A stretch of DNA of 64,000 nt from Clostridia bacterium (GCA_045593405.1 JAZNWN010000015.1:8395-72394), one strand, 5' to 3'. Shown: positions 47,858 to 59,573, numbered from the stretch's first letter. The notes: generated from the sequence alone by a model not told the origin. Made by a program: numbers and translations.

Positions 47858-48580
47858 CTAATTTTTTATTATGATAAGAGTTATATTATCTAGTCCTCCA
47901 TTAAGATTCGCTTCATTTACTAGTTTATCAGCCGCTTCATTTATATTACTACTTATTATATTATGTATCTGTTCTTCTGATACCATATTTGTCAAACCAT
48001 CTGAACAAATCAAAACCACATCATCTTTTAAAAACTTTTTATAAAAAACATTGACTTCTAAATCCGTTTCACATCCCAAAGCTTTAACTAACATGTTTTT
48101 CTTAGGATGGTTTTTAGCTTCTTCTTTTGTTATTGTTCCGTCTTCTACTAGTTTTTGTACATAGCTATCATCTTTTGTTAGTTTTCTAATTATTCCTTGT
48201 CTTAATCTATATACTCTACTATCACCAACGTGCCCGATAAACATTTTATCTTTATATATTAAACAAATTTCTAAAGTTGTTCCCATTTGCTCTAATTCGG
48301 GCTTCTCTTGCGCTTTTTTATGAACTTGTTGATTGGCATATTCCATAGCATTTTTTATTATATCTAATATTTCTTCTTTTTTATATTCTAGATTTTTATC
48401 AAAATGTTCTGTAATGTAGTCTTTTGCTGAAAGTGTTGCAAGTTTACTTGCTATTTCTCCTCCAGCATAGCCTCCCATTCCATCTGCTAATATATTTATA
48501 CATCCATCATCACTTATATAATAATAGTCTTGATTCTTTTTTCTCTCTTTCCCAATATCTGTCTTCCCATAGTTTAACAT
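47858..48580 (-). CDS. stp: PP2C-family Ser/Thr phosphatase (Stp/PrpC-like)
   Basis: The PPM motifs ADGMGGYAGGEIAS, GTTLE and CSDGL are present. The probable start MLNYGKTDIGKER at 48580 follows a GAGGTG RBS. The ORF in the track extends upstream to 48613. Confidence 0.85.
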   Translation of the reverse strand: MLNYGKTDIGKERKKNQDYYYISDDGCINILADGMGGYAGGEIASKLATLSAKDYITEHFDKNLEYKKEEILDIIKNAMEYANQQVHKKAQEKPELEQMGTTLEICLIYKDKMFIGHVGDSRVYRLRQGIIRKLTKDDSYVQKLVEDGTITKEEAKNHPKKNMLVKALGCETDLEVNVFYKKFLKDDVVLICSDGLTNMVSEEQIHNIISSNINEAADKLVNEANLNGGLDNITLIIIKN

Positions 48581-49608
48581 TTTTTCACCTCTTTTTTCCT
48601 TAGTTGCCCACATGCTGCATCTATATCTGAACCTAATTCTCTTCTAATTGTTGCAACTATTCCATGACTATTTAAGTAATCTCTAAACTTCATTATATTT
48701 TCATTTGTACTTTTATTATATTTACCATTATCTATTTTATTTATTGGTATTAAGTTTACATGGCAAAGCATTCCTTTTAATAATTTTACTAAATCTCTTG
48801 CATCTTCTAAATTATCATTATTTTCTTTTGCCAAAGCATATTCAAAAGATATTCTTCTATTAGTTTTTTCTATATAATATTTACATGCTTTAATCAATTC
48901 TTCTATGTGATACACATTATTTATTGGCATCATTTCACTTCTTTTTTCATTTGAAGCACTATGAAGTGAAATTGATAATGTGCATTGCATATCTTTATCT
49001 GCTAGCTCATATATTTTAGGAACAATTCCGCTTGTTGATATACTTATATGTCTTGCTCCTATATTAATTCCTTTTTGGCTATTTAATAATGAAATTGCTT
49101 TTAAAACATTTTCAAAATTGTCTAGTGGTTCTCCTATTCCCATAAAAACCACATTTGATATTTTAACTCCAACATCTCTTTCAATAGCTTGTAATTGTTC
49201 CACAATTTCCCCTGCTTCTAAATTTCTTGCAAATTTTACTCCTGTTGATGCGCAGAATTTACATCCCATTTTACATCCAATTTGAGATGACACACAAATT
49301 GTATACCCATGTTTATATTGCATAAGAACAGATTCTATTGCATTTCCATCTAAAACGTCAAAAAGATATTTTTTTGTTCCATCTTTAGATTCTTGTTTTG
49401 TAATTATTTTAAAAATATGCAAATCATAGTTTTCTTTTAATCTCTCTCTTAAAGTCAATGGTAAATTTGCCATATCATCAAAACTTGTGACATTTTCTTT
49501 ATATATCCAATTGAAAATTTGCTCTGCTCTATATTTCTTTTCTCCTAGATTTTCTACTATTTTTTGTAATTCCTCTAAATTGTAATTTTTTATATTATTT
49601 TTTAGCAT
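48574..49608 (-). CDS. rlmN: 23S rRNA/tRNA m2A methyltransferase RlmN (radical SAM)
   Basis: The radical-SAM cluster motif is CVSSQIGCKMGCKFCAS. The protein is 344 aa. Confidence 0.9.
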   Translation of the reverse strand: MLKNNIKNYNLEELQKIVENLGEKKYRAEQIFNWIYKENVTSFDDMANLPLTLRERLKENYDLHIFKIITKQESKDGTKKYLFDVLDGNAIESVLMQYKHGYTICVSSQIGCKMGCKFCASTGVKFARNLEAGEIVEQLQAIERDVGVKISNVVFMGIGEPLDNFENVLKAISLLNSQKGINIGARHISISTSGIVPKIYELADKDMQCTLSISLHSASNEKRSEMMPINNVYHIEELIKACKYYIEKTNRRISFEYALAKENNDNLEDARDLVKLLKGMLCHVNLIPINKIDNGKYNKSTNENIMKFRDYLNSHGIVATIRRELGSDIDAACGQLRKKEVKKC

Positions 49609-49765
49609 AAAACTTCCTTCTATTCTAATTTTACGTTTATTATTTTATCACAATAGGCTTCTTATTACAAGAAAATTTATAAAAATAGTGAATAATACAA
49701 ATGCGCTATTTTCACATCTATATTATTCACTATCATCCCTTTTCTGTGACTGTTAAGTCTAACAT

Positions 49766-49841
49766 TGGAGCTTCCTGTCAGATTTGAACTGACGACCTAT
49801 TGATTACTAATCAATTGCTCTACCAGCTGAGCTAAGGAAGC
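49766..49841 (-). tRNA. tRNA-Thr with unusual anticodon AGT
   Basis: Reverse complement reads GCTTCCTTAGCTCAGCTGGTAGAGCAATTGATTAGTAATCAATAGGTCGTCAGTTCAAATCTGACAGGAAGCTCCA. The cloverleaf is clean, and the anticodon loop TTAGTAA gives positions 34-36 as AGT. Confidence 0.7.
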
Positions 49842-49847
49842 AAGTTA

Positions 49848-49878
49848 TTAGGGCAAGGATGGAGCCTTGCCCCTACAA
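49848..49878. repeat. REP-like element
   Basis: TTAGGGCAAGG-ATGGAG-CCTTGCCCCTACAA. Confidence 0.75.
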
Positions 49879-49909
49879 ATTCATAATTATATATTTTGTA
49901 TAATTAAAA

Positions 49910-50548
49910 TCAATCTTCTGTCATTATATTTTTACTAGCTTTTTTTCTTATTCTTTGTATTGCATTATCTACAGATTTAACTGGTGCCTCTAGTTTTTCA
50001 GCTATACTTACATAGCTTTCTCCTCTAGCATATCTTGTTAATACTTGTTTTTCAAAGGTACTTAAATTTTTATCTATTCTTGTTTCTATGTTTTTATAAT
50101 ATTCTTTTTTAGTAATGGTTTCCAGCGGATCCTCTAATACTTGCATATCCAATTTTTCTAATAATTCACTATCTGAATCATCATCATATGCACTGGCATT
50201 TAGTGATATAGATGAATTTAATGGCATGTGTTTTTGTCTGTTAGAAGTTTTTATTGCTGTAATTAACTGTCTTTCTATACATAAATTGGCAAACGATTTA
50301 AAGGAATTCTCTTTACTTAAATCAAAGCTTTTTATTGCCTTGTAAAGACCAATCATTCCTTCTTGAATAATATCTTCTTTTTCCGCACCAATTATAAAGT
50401 ATTTGTTAACTTTCATATCTACTAAATCTTTATATCTATTTAACAAATATTCTAGTGCATCCTTATCCCCATCTTTAGCAATTTGTGCCAACTCTTCATC
50501 TGTTTTATTTAAGCCGTCTTTTAATGAGAATGTTGTTTGTAATACCAT
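49910..50548 (-). CDS. sigH: RNA polymerase sporulation sigma factor SigH
   Basis: The region YFIIGAEKEDIIQEGMIGLYKAIKSFD...FANLCIERQLITAIKT aligns closely with Bacillus SigH. The protein is 212 aa. Confidence 0.85.
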   Translation of the reverse strand: MVLQTTFSLKDGLNKTDEELAQIAKDGDKDALEYLLNRYKDLVDMKVNKYFIIGAEKEDIIQEGMIGLYKAIKSFDLSKENSFKSFANLCIERQLITAIKTSNRQKHMPLNSSISLNASAYDDDSDSELLEKLDMQVLEDPLETITKKEYYKNIETRIDKNLSTFEKQVLTRYARGESYVSIAEKLEAPVKSVDNAIQRIRKKASKNIMTED

Positions 50549-50923
50549 ATTCCTTCTTTTGCCTCCGCTTTTTGTTCTTATTTTTTATTATTATATTAAT
50601 TAAGTCCTTTGGTGTCAAGAGTTTTAGCAAATTTTTATTTTTTTATCATAATGAAAAGGAACATTTAATCTATTATCAAATGCTCCTTTTCTAATTAACC
50701 TCTTCCATATATCCTCCTTTTTCCTAAAATTTCATTACTTAATGAGTTTTGAAGAGTTATTTATATAATCAACTAGATTGTTACATCTAACATATGCTAG
50801 TTGTAAGTATATTATAGCATACTTTACATAATATGTCAAGAATCTCCCTTTTGAGTGTTATTAAAATAATAATTTGTGTGTTTTGTGTTTGGAATTTTGT
50901 ATTTGGAAAATATATTATAAAAA

Positions 50924-51000
50924 TGTAGGGGCAGGGTTCCACCCCTGCCCCTACATCAATATTTTTTTGAGCGGGCGGAGATGGAACTCCGCCCCTACAA
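50924..51000. repeat. REP-like element pair
   Basis: TGTAGGGGCAGGG-TTCCAC-CCCTGCCCCTACA, and later GCGGGCGGAG-ATGGAA-CTCCGCCCCTACAA. Confidence 0.75.
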
Positions 51001-51235
51001 ATTACGCCGTAGGTTTTTACCCTACAAACTATTATTTATCTGTATCCTCCCTTTTAGTCATTTCACTCATATCCTTTGCATGCTTTTTTTGTATGTCTAA
51101 TGGCAACCATTGATAAAATGAACACACAAACTCTCCATATTTAGTTGTGTTTTGATTTTTATTTTCTTCCATAAAAAAAGCCCCCTTATAATATTTTATT
51201 TTTATAATGAGCTTTTTTATATTATTTTATTCATT

Positions 51236-51880
51236 TTAACTTAATTTTCTAAATACCCCTGCTACTTTTCCTAGTATTTTACAATTTGGTACTATTATTG
51301 GATCCATTGTGCTGTTTTCTGGTTGTAATCTTATATGGTCTTTTTCTTTATAGAATGTTTTTACTGTTGCTTCTTCTCCTATTAATGCTACTACTATTTC
51401 TCCATTTCTTGCTATATCTTGTTTCTTTACTAGAATATAGTCTCCATCTAAGATTCCCGCTTCTATCATGCTCTCTCCTCTAACTACTAACATAAAACTT
51501 TCGCTATTTCCTACAAAATCTATTGGTAGAGGGAAAGTATCTGTTATATTTTCTACTGCAAGTATTGGTTCTCCTGCTGTAATTTTTCCTATTACTGGTA
51601 CTTCCGCAAGTTCTCTTCCATTATATATTGGTTTTGGCTCTTCTTGTTTTCCACCTTTTAATAATTTTAATGTTCTACCTTTTTGATCTTCTTTTGATAT
51701 ATAACCTTTTTCTTTTAGTTTTGCTATATAAGTATGAACAGTTGCTGTAGAACTTAGTCCAACTGCTTTTCCAATTTCTCTTACTGATGGCGGATATCCT
51801 TTATCATTTATTTGTTTTTCTATAAATCTTAGTATTGCCTTTTCTCTTTTATTTAGTTCATCTGCACCTTTTTTTCTCAT
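51236..51880 (-). CDS. lexA: LexA repressor
   Basis: An N-terminal winged helix-turn-helix is followed by the S24 peptidase domain with the Ser/Lys dyad (GESM...VKKQ). A putative TTGACA-N17-TAATAT promoter lies upstream. Confidence 0.9.
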   Translation of the reverse strand: MRKKGADELNKREKAILRFIEKQINDKGYPPSVREIGKAVGLSSTATVHTYIAKLKEKGYISKEDQKGRTLKLLKGGKQEEPKPIYNGRELAEVPVIGKITAGEPILAVENITDTFPLPIDFVGNSESFMLVVRGESMIEAGILDGDYILVKKQDIARNGEIVVALIGEEATVKTFYKEKDHIRLQPENSTMDPIIVPNCKILGKVAGVFRKLS

Positions 51881-52103
51881 TTTATAACCACTCCCGAAAT
51901 TTTATTTGCCTATATATTATCACAAGTTGTTTTGTTTGTCAAACAAAAGTTTTATTTTTTTAATCTCTTATAGTTTTTTATATATAATAAAAATGTAGGA
52001 GTTAGCTCTTTATGGCAGCCGGCAAATCATTAAAAGCATTCTTTTCTTTCGGGCGCCTAAGATTGCTCCCCCTACCTTATTCACAATTAATATAAAATAC
52101 AAA

Positions 52104-54376
<2,273 letters not shown>

Positions 54377-54627
54377 GGGTTACCTCCTCATTTTATTTTT
54401 ATGCTTTATTTATATTTATAAAACACTGTCTTTTATTATACATTATTTTTGTTTTTTTTACAATACAAATGTTTGAAGAAATTGGAAATCGATTTGACTT
54501 TTTATGTAAATAATTGTATAATTTTTATGAAGTATTTCTTTTGAAGTACACTACCATATTACACTTCAGTAATTTGGTATTAACCTTTAGCAGATTTTTC
54601 TGCTATACAATCTTAGGAGGATTTTAT

Positions 54628-54801
54628 ATGCATCCTTATATGAACTGTGATACATGTGACCCCAAAACAAAAGAAGCATGTAACTATCCCGATACTGGCA
54701 TCTGCGCCAAAGAGGCCACTTTGCCTCCTGCAGTTTGCCCTATGTTTGAGGTTCCTACTAATAGTAACAATGTTGCTGCTAAAGTAGTTGCGCCTCCTTA
54801 A
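54628..54801 (+). CDS. small Cys-rich protein (57 aa)
   Basis: A strong AGGAGG RBS lies 7 nt before the ATG. The product is MHPYMNCDTCDPKTKEACNYPDTGICAKEATLPPAVCP.... A GC-rich terminator hairpin (GGCCTCCC...GGGAGGC, then a T-run) follows directly. Confidence 0.5.
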   Translation: MHPYMNCDTCDPKTKEACNYPDTGICAKEATLPPAVCPMFEVPTNSNNVAAKVVAPP

Positions 54802-54836
54802 AAAGGCCTCCCTTTAGGGAGGCTTTTTTAGTTAAC

Positions 54837-54960
54837 TCTGGTGACCCGTACGGGAATCGGCAAGCCGCGTCAGAAAAAATGTCCACTGGACATTTTTTGC
54901 CTTCGTTTCGGCAGGCCTTAACCTGCTCGAAACTTGGCATCTTCCTTTTCGATTCCCTTC
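54837..54960 (-). repeat. tRNA-3'-linked repeat element, copy E (next to tRNA-Glu; long form)
   Basis: TCTGGTGACCCGTACGGGAATCG is shared with tRNA-Glu. The core and the GTTTCGGCAGGCCTTAACCTGCTCGAAAC hairpin follow, then the right end CTTCCTTTTCGATTCCCTTC. Confidence 0.7.
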
Positions 54961-55002
54961 ATTAACTTAATATAAAAAAGCTACCTTCAGTAGCTTTTTT
55001 TC

Positions 55003-55077
55003 TGGTGACCCGTACGGGAATCGAACCCATGATTCCACCTTGAGAGGGTGGCGTCTTAACCGCTTGACCAACGGGCC
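55003..55077 (-). tRNA. tRNA-Glu with anticodon CTC
   Basis: Reverse complement reads GGCCCGTTGGTCAAGCGGTTAAGACGCCACCCTCTCAAGGTGGAATCATGGGTTCGATTCCCGTACGGGTCACCA. It is close to Bacillus tRNA-Glu, but the anticodon loop reads CTCTCAA. Confidence 0.75.
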
Positions 55078-55106
55078 ATAATTATATTTATTATTTCTAT
55101 TTTTTT

Positions 55107-55183
55107 GTGACCCTCACGTATGGTATCGAAGCACGACTTCCACCGTGAGAGGGTAAACGTCTTAACCGCTTGACCAACAGGCC
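55107..55183 (-). pseudogene. degenerate tRNA-Glu-like copy (acceptor stem cannot pair, no CCA)
   Basis: The 5' half is GGCCTGTTGGTCAAGCGGTTAAGACG with a CTC anticodon arm, like the neighbouring tRNA-Glu. The 3' half ...GTGCTTCGATACCATACGTGAGGGTCACA does not complement the 5' acceptor strand. Confidence 0.4.
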
Positions 55184-55280
55184 ATTTATTTTTTGATGTG
55201 TGAAGTGGGATGTAAGAAGTGTGCTTTTTAGAAATCACTTCAAAAACTATTCCTAAATTCGCACTTCAAATTTCTATATA

Positions 55281-55661
55281 TTAACTATTCATCAATGTCA
55301 TATCAAGTATTTCGTTTAGTCTTTCTTGTTGATTGCTTAAATATAAATACCCTATTAAACCCTCAAATGCTGTGGAATACATGTAGTCTGTTGGGTCTGC
55401 ATTTTTTGCCACATGATGATTTTGTGTGTTTCTTGCACGTCTTACTATTTCTTGTTCTTTTTCAGTTAACTTATTATATATTTTTTGTAAAATTTCTGAT
55501 TGTGATTTTGCTTTAACATAATTAATTGCTTTAATATGTAATTTATGTGGTTTTAAATTTGTAGTTTCTACTAAATGTGTTCTTATATATACTTCATAAA
55601 TACTATCTCCAACATAAGCCCATGTTAGAGGTGACATTGCTTCTACTTTACTTATTTCCAT
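55281..55661 (-). CDS. mrnC: mini-ribonuclease 3 (Mini-III)
   Basis: The 126-aa protein has an RNase III-like catalytic motif (LTWAYVGDSIYE). Confidence 0.85.
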   Translation of the reverse strand: MEISKVEAMSPLTWAYVGDSIYEVYIRTHLVETTNLKPHKLHIKAINYVKAKSQSEILQKIYNKLTEKEQEIVRRARNTQNHHVAKNADPTDYMYSTAFEGLIGYLYLSNQQERLNEILDMTLMNS

Positions 55662-56547
55662 TTACTTGCTCCAATGTTATTCTTCCTATTCTTCCAGTTC
55701 TGAAATCATTAAGTATTATGTTTGATACTTTTTCATAGTCAATTTCTCCACCAGAAATAATAGCGCCTCTTTTTCTAGCAATTATATTTGTTAATTCTAT
55801 AATTTTGTCTGTTTCTTCTTTTGTTATTATACTATTTTGATCTTCTTCTGTCAATTTATATTTTAATATTATTTCATCTTTATAATTTGTATATAAAAAT
55901 TTAAGTAATTGGTATGCTACATCTGTTTTTGGCATTACTTCGTCTTTTATTGAACCTACATATGCTAAGTTTAAAGCTACTTTTTCATCTTCGAATTTTG
56001 GCCATAAAACTCCTGGTGTATCTAGAAGTTCTATGTTCTGCCCTATTCTTACCCATTGTTTTTGTTTTGTAACACCTGGTCTATTTCCTACTTCTGCAGT
56101 TTTTTTATTTACTAGTCTGTTTATTAAAGATGATTTTCCTACGTTTGGTATGCCTATTATCATTATTCTAATATTTCTTTTTGTTCTACCTCTAACTGCT
56201 GCTTTTTCCAGCTCTTCTTGCATAAGTTTTTGAACAATTTTCAAAACTTCTTTTGTTCCTTTTCCAATATTAGAGTCTGTAGGTAGTGCAACTATATTAT
56301 TTTGTTTAAAATAACTAATCCATTTTTGATTTTGTTTTTCATCCGCCAAATCACTTTTATTTAATAATACTATTTTCTTTTTATTTCTAGTTATATTTTG
56401 AATGTCCGGATTTTGGCTAGAAACAGGAATTCTAGCATCTAATATTTCTATTACTACATCTATTAACCTTAAATCCTCTATCATTTGTTTTTTTGTTTTA
56501 AGCATATGACCTGGATACCAGTTGATATTTGTTTTATTATCGCTCAC
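55648..56547 (-). CDS. rbgA: ribosome biogenesis GTPase A (YlqF/RbgA)
   Basis: The N-terminus reads NINWYPGHMLKTKK. The circularly permuted G domain contains GIPNVGKSSLINRL. Confidence 0.9.
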   Translation of the reverse strand: MSDNKTNINWYPGHMLKTKKQMIEDLRLIDVVIEILDARIPVSSQNPDIQNITRNKKKIVLLNKSDLADEKQNQKWISYFKQNNIVALPTDSNIGKGTKEVLKIVQKLMQEELEKAAVRGRTKRNIRIMIIGIPNVGKSSLINRLVNKKTAEVGNRPGVTKQKQWVRIGQNIELLDTPGVLWPKFEDEKVALNLAYVGSIKDEVMPKTDVAYQLLKFLYTNYKDEIILKYKLTEEDQNSIITKEETDKIIELTNIIARKRGAIISGGEIDYEKVSNIILNDFRTGRIGRITLEQVNGNK

Positions 56548-56626
56548 ATTATCACTTCCTTACTAGAAACTTTATCTAATATTTTTTGCATTAAACACAA
56601 ATAGTTTTACTTTTGCCGCTTATCTT

Positions 56627-57091
56627 TTAAAATTTATATTGGTTTTTATCTGCTCTTTCATCATATTTTCTATCAAATTGTTCATTTTGATAAAACCAAT
56701 CTGTTTTTTTAGTTTTAGTTGTTGTTTTTTTACTACTTTGGCTCATTCCAACATCAATAAAAATAATAAATGGTATTAATACTCCAATAACAGATAATAA
56801 AATATTTAAGTAATCTACTGTAACCATCTCTCCTGCATTTTGTAATATATTATATAGGTATACACCAAAATATCCAATATGAGATATTAAATATATTAAT
56901 GCCCCTATTAAACTTCTTTTAAAAATTAATATAATACATACTAAAGTTACAAAAGCCAAAATAATTTCTACTTGCATATTTAATGGTTCTATAATAAATT
57001 CTATCCCCATACTTGCAGTAAAAGCAACTGCTACTCTAATTATCCAAAATATTATAGCAAATAAAGATATTAACATACTAAACATTGACAT
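56627..57091 (-). CDS. hypothetical membrane protein
   Basis: The 154-aa ORF has four predicted transmembrane helices and a basic C-terminal tail. Confidence 0.5.
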   Translation of the reverse strand: MSMFSMLISLFAIIFWIIRVAVAFTASMGIEFIIEPLNMQVEIILAFVTLVCIILIFKRSLIGALIYLISHIGYFGVYLYNILQNAGEMVTVDYLNILLSVIGVLIPFIIFIDVGMSQSSKKTTTKTKKTDWFYQNEQFDRKYDERADKNQYKF

Positions 57092-57115
57092 ATAAATTCC
57101 TCCTAATTTTCTTTA

Positions 57116-57180
57116 GTAGGGGCGCATGATTGCGCCCTTGGAAAAAATGTGATTCCGGGCGCAATCATGCGCCCCTACAA
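57116..57180. repeat. REP-like element pair
   Basis: AGTAGGGGCGCA-TGAT-TGCGCCC, and later CCGGGCGCA-ATCAT-GCGCCCCTACAA. Confidence 0.75.
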
Positions 57181-58032
57181 AATTACATCTCTTTTTAATA
57201 AATTGTCTTTTATTAATCCTAGTCCTATAAATTGATTATTGTTATATATTGTGTATATATCATCTGGTTCTTTAAAAGTCAATCTAACTCCATTTAAAAA
57301 TAATTCTTTTTTTCTATCATTTAAATTTATTTTTTGTTTATCTTTGAATATTTTTTCTATACTAATAATTTTTTCTTTTACAATTGCAATATTCTCTTTC
57401 ACTTCATTTATTGTTACTGCATTTTCTATTTTAAAGTTATTTACTTCAGTTCTTATAAGCTCTTTCATATACCCTATGGTCCCAAGTTTTAGAGCAATAT
57501 CTTCGCACAAAGTTCTTATATATGTTCCTTTTGAGCAAGTAACTTCAAATGTTATTTCTTTGTCTTCTAATTTTATTAAATTTATATCATAAATTTCTAT
57601 ATTTCTTGGTTCTATATCAACAACTTGTCCACTTCTTGCATATTCATATGCTTTTTTTCCGTTTATCTTTATTGCTGAATAATTTGGTGGAATTTGTTTT
57701 TGTTTACCTATAAATATTTTCAAAACTTTCTTTACTTGCTCGTAAGAAACTCCTTGGAAATTTAAATCTTTATTAGTTATAATCCCGTCTGCGTCTCCTG
57801 TATCTGTTTTTTCGCCAAGTTTCATAGTGGCAATATATGTTTTATCATGTTCTATCAAGTATTTAGAAATTTTTGTTGCTGTTCCTATAAGTATTGGTAA
57901 TACTCCTGTTGCATTTGGATCTAAAGTTCCTGTATGACCAATCTTTTTTGTATTTAATGTTTTTCTTAGAACATTTATCACATCATGTGATGTAAAACCT
58001 TTTGGTTTATTTATGATTAATACTCCATCCAT
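57175..58032 (-). CDS. truB: tRNA pseudouridine(55) synthase TruB
   Basis: The N-terminus reads MDGVLIINKPKGFTSHDVINVLRK...GHTGTLDP. The protein is 285 aa. Confidence 0.95.
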   Translation of the reverse strand: MDGVLIINKPKGFTSHDVINVLRKTLNTKKIGHTGTLDPNATGVLPILIGTATKISKYLIEHDKTYIATMKLGEKTDTGDADGIITNKDLNFQGVSYEQVKKVLKIFIGKQKQIPPNYSAIKINGKKAYEYARSGQVVDIEPRNIEIYDINLIKLEDKEITFEVTCSKGTYIRTLCEDIALKLGTIGYMKELIRTEVNNFKIENAVTINEVKENIAIVKEKIISIEKIFKDKQKINLNDRKKELFLNGVRLTFKEPDDIYTIYNNNQFIGLGLIKDNLLKRDVIL

Positions 58033-58179
58033 AATAATTCTCTTTTCTAATTAAAACTACAAATTCGCCGATGGAAAAGAATTAAATTTTGGCAAGGAAA
58101 ACTTTATTTAAAAACAAGGGCACATATATTGTGTATGTAACCGCGTTTTAAATGAAATCTAACACAGCCAAAATTGTAA

Positions 58180-59145
58180 TTATTTTTCAACTCTTAGATA
58201 TTTTTTGCATTCGTCTACGATTCTTTGTTTTGCTTCTTCTAGTGGCAATTTAATATTTCCTCCTGCTGCTCTTATATGTCCTCCACCATTAAACATTAAG
58301 CATATATCTGCAACATTTATATAATCATTTGATCTTAAAGAAATTTTATATCCATCTTTTTCTTTATTTTCTCTTAAAAAAATTGATACTTCAACTCCTT
58401 CAACATCTCTTCCCATTTCCACAATTCCCTCATGGCTATCTAATTCAGCATTTAATTTTTCTTCATCATCTCTTGTAATATATGTAAATGCAATCTTACC
58501 GTCTTCTAAAAACTCTAGTCTGTTCATTGCTATCTTTCTAAGTTCAAATCTATTTTTAGAAATAACTTGTAATACTCTTTTATATATACTTGAAACATTT
58601 ACTCCTTTATTTAATAGCTGGGCAACAAATTCGAATGTTTCTGCAGATACTCCTTGGTATTTAAATCCTCCTGTGTCTGTTATTATTCCTGTAAGCAAAC
58701 AAGTCCCTATTTCCTTTGTTATTTCTATTCCTAAGTTTTCTAATATAGTTATTAAAATTTGTGCACATGCTGGTGCTGCAGGATTTACAAAGTTATAATC
58801 CGCAAACATTGTATTTATTCCATGGTGATCTATTTCTATTCTAGAATTTGCATTTTCAAAATACTCTGTATATCCATTTAATCTTTTCATGTCTCCACAA
58901 TCTAACGCTATTGCTAAATCATAAATTGTTTTTGTTCCTTGAGTTTTTATTTCATTTGCACCTGGAAGAAAATCAAAAACAGTTGAATTATTAGCCATTA
59001 CTACTTCAACCTCTTTCCCAAGCTGCTTTAATCCATTATACATTGCTAAACTACTTCCAATAGCATCTCCATCTGGCATTTCATGAGTTAATATAATTAT
59101 GCTTTCAGCATTATATATTTCTTCTTTTATATTATCTATTGTCAT
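58180..59145 (-). CDS. nrnA: bifunctional oligoribonuclease / pAp phosphatase NrnA (DHH-DHHA1)
   Basis: DHH motif HEMPDGDAIGS and DHHA1 C-terminus (GGGH). The gene sits between rbfA and truB. Confidence 0.85.
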   Translation of the reverse strand: MTIDNIKEEIYNAESIIILTHEMPDGDAIGSSLAMYNGLKQLGKEVEVVMANNSTVFDFLPGANEIKTQGTKTIYDLAIALDCGDMKRLNGYTEYFENANSRIEIDHHGINTMFADYNFVNPAAPACAQILITILENLGIEITKEIGTCLLTGIITDTGGFKYQGVSAETFEFVAQLLNKGVNVSSIYKRVLQVISKNRFELRKIAMNRLEFLEDGKIAFTYITRDDEEKLNAELDSHEGIVEMGRDVEGVEVSIFLRENKEKDGYKISLRSNDYINVADICLMFNGGGHIRAAGGNIKLPLEEAKQRIVDECKKYLRVEK

Positions 59146-59173
59146 AGAAGTTTCTCTCCATTCTCTTATAATT

Positions 59174-59554
59174 TTACTCTTCGCTTTCTGGTTTCATGTC
59201 TTTCATGATGTCTTTTAATATATTGTCTATCCTTTCTCCATATACCATAGAATCGTCTAATTCAAAAACTAATTCTGGTGTTATTCTTAAATTAATTTTT
59301 TCAGCCACTCTACTTCTTATAAAGCCTGATGCTGCTTTTAAACCTGCTAGTGTTTGTTTTATATTTCTAGAATTAATTATACTTATAGAAATTTTAGCAT
59401 ATCTTAAGTCTGGTGTTACCTTTACTTTAGTTATACTAATCAATCCTGTAACATTAGAATTTTTTACTTCATAGTTAATTATATTACTAACTTCTCTTTT
59501 TAATTCCTCATTAATTCTAGCTAAACGGTTACTACCATTATTATTTTTTTGCAT
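59174..59554 (-). CDS. rbfA: ribosome-binding factor A
   Basis: The 126-aa protein lies in the nusA-infB-rbfA operon context. Confidence 0.85.
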   Translation of the reverse strand: MQKNNNGSNRLARINEELKREVSNIINYEVKNSNVTGLISITKVKVTPDLRYAKISISIINSRNIKQTLAGLKAASGFIRSRVAEKINLRITPELVFELDDSMVYGERIDNILKDIMKDMKPESEE

Positions 59555-59573
59555 TGTGTTCTCCTTTATTTAT

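Noticed and set aside
51881-51960. LexA (Cheo) box upstream of lexA.
   Set aside because: A palindrome TTTTGTTTG-TCAAACAAAA is present. It has the GTT..AAC polarity rather than the GAAC-N4-GTTC polarity. It also coincides with a TTGACA -35 box, so it is not called as an SOS box.
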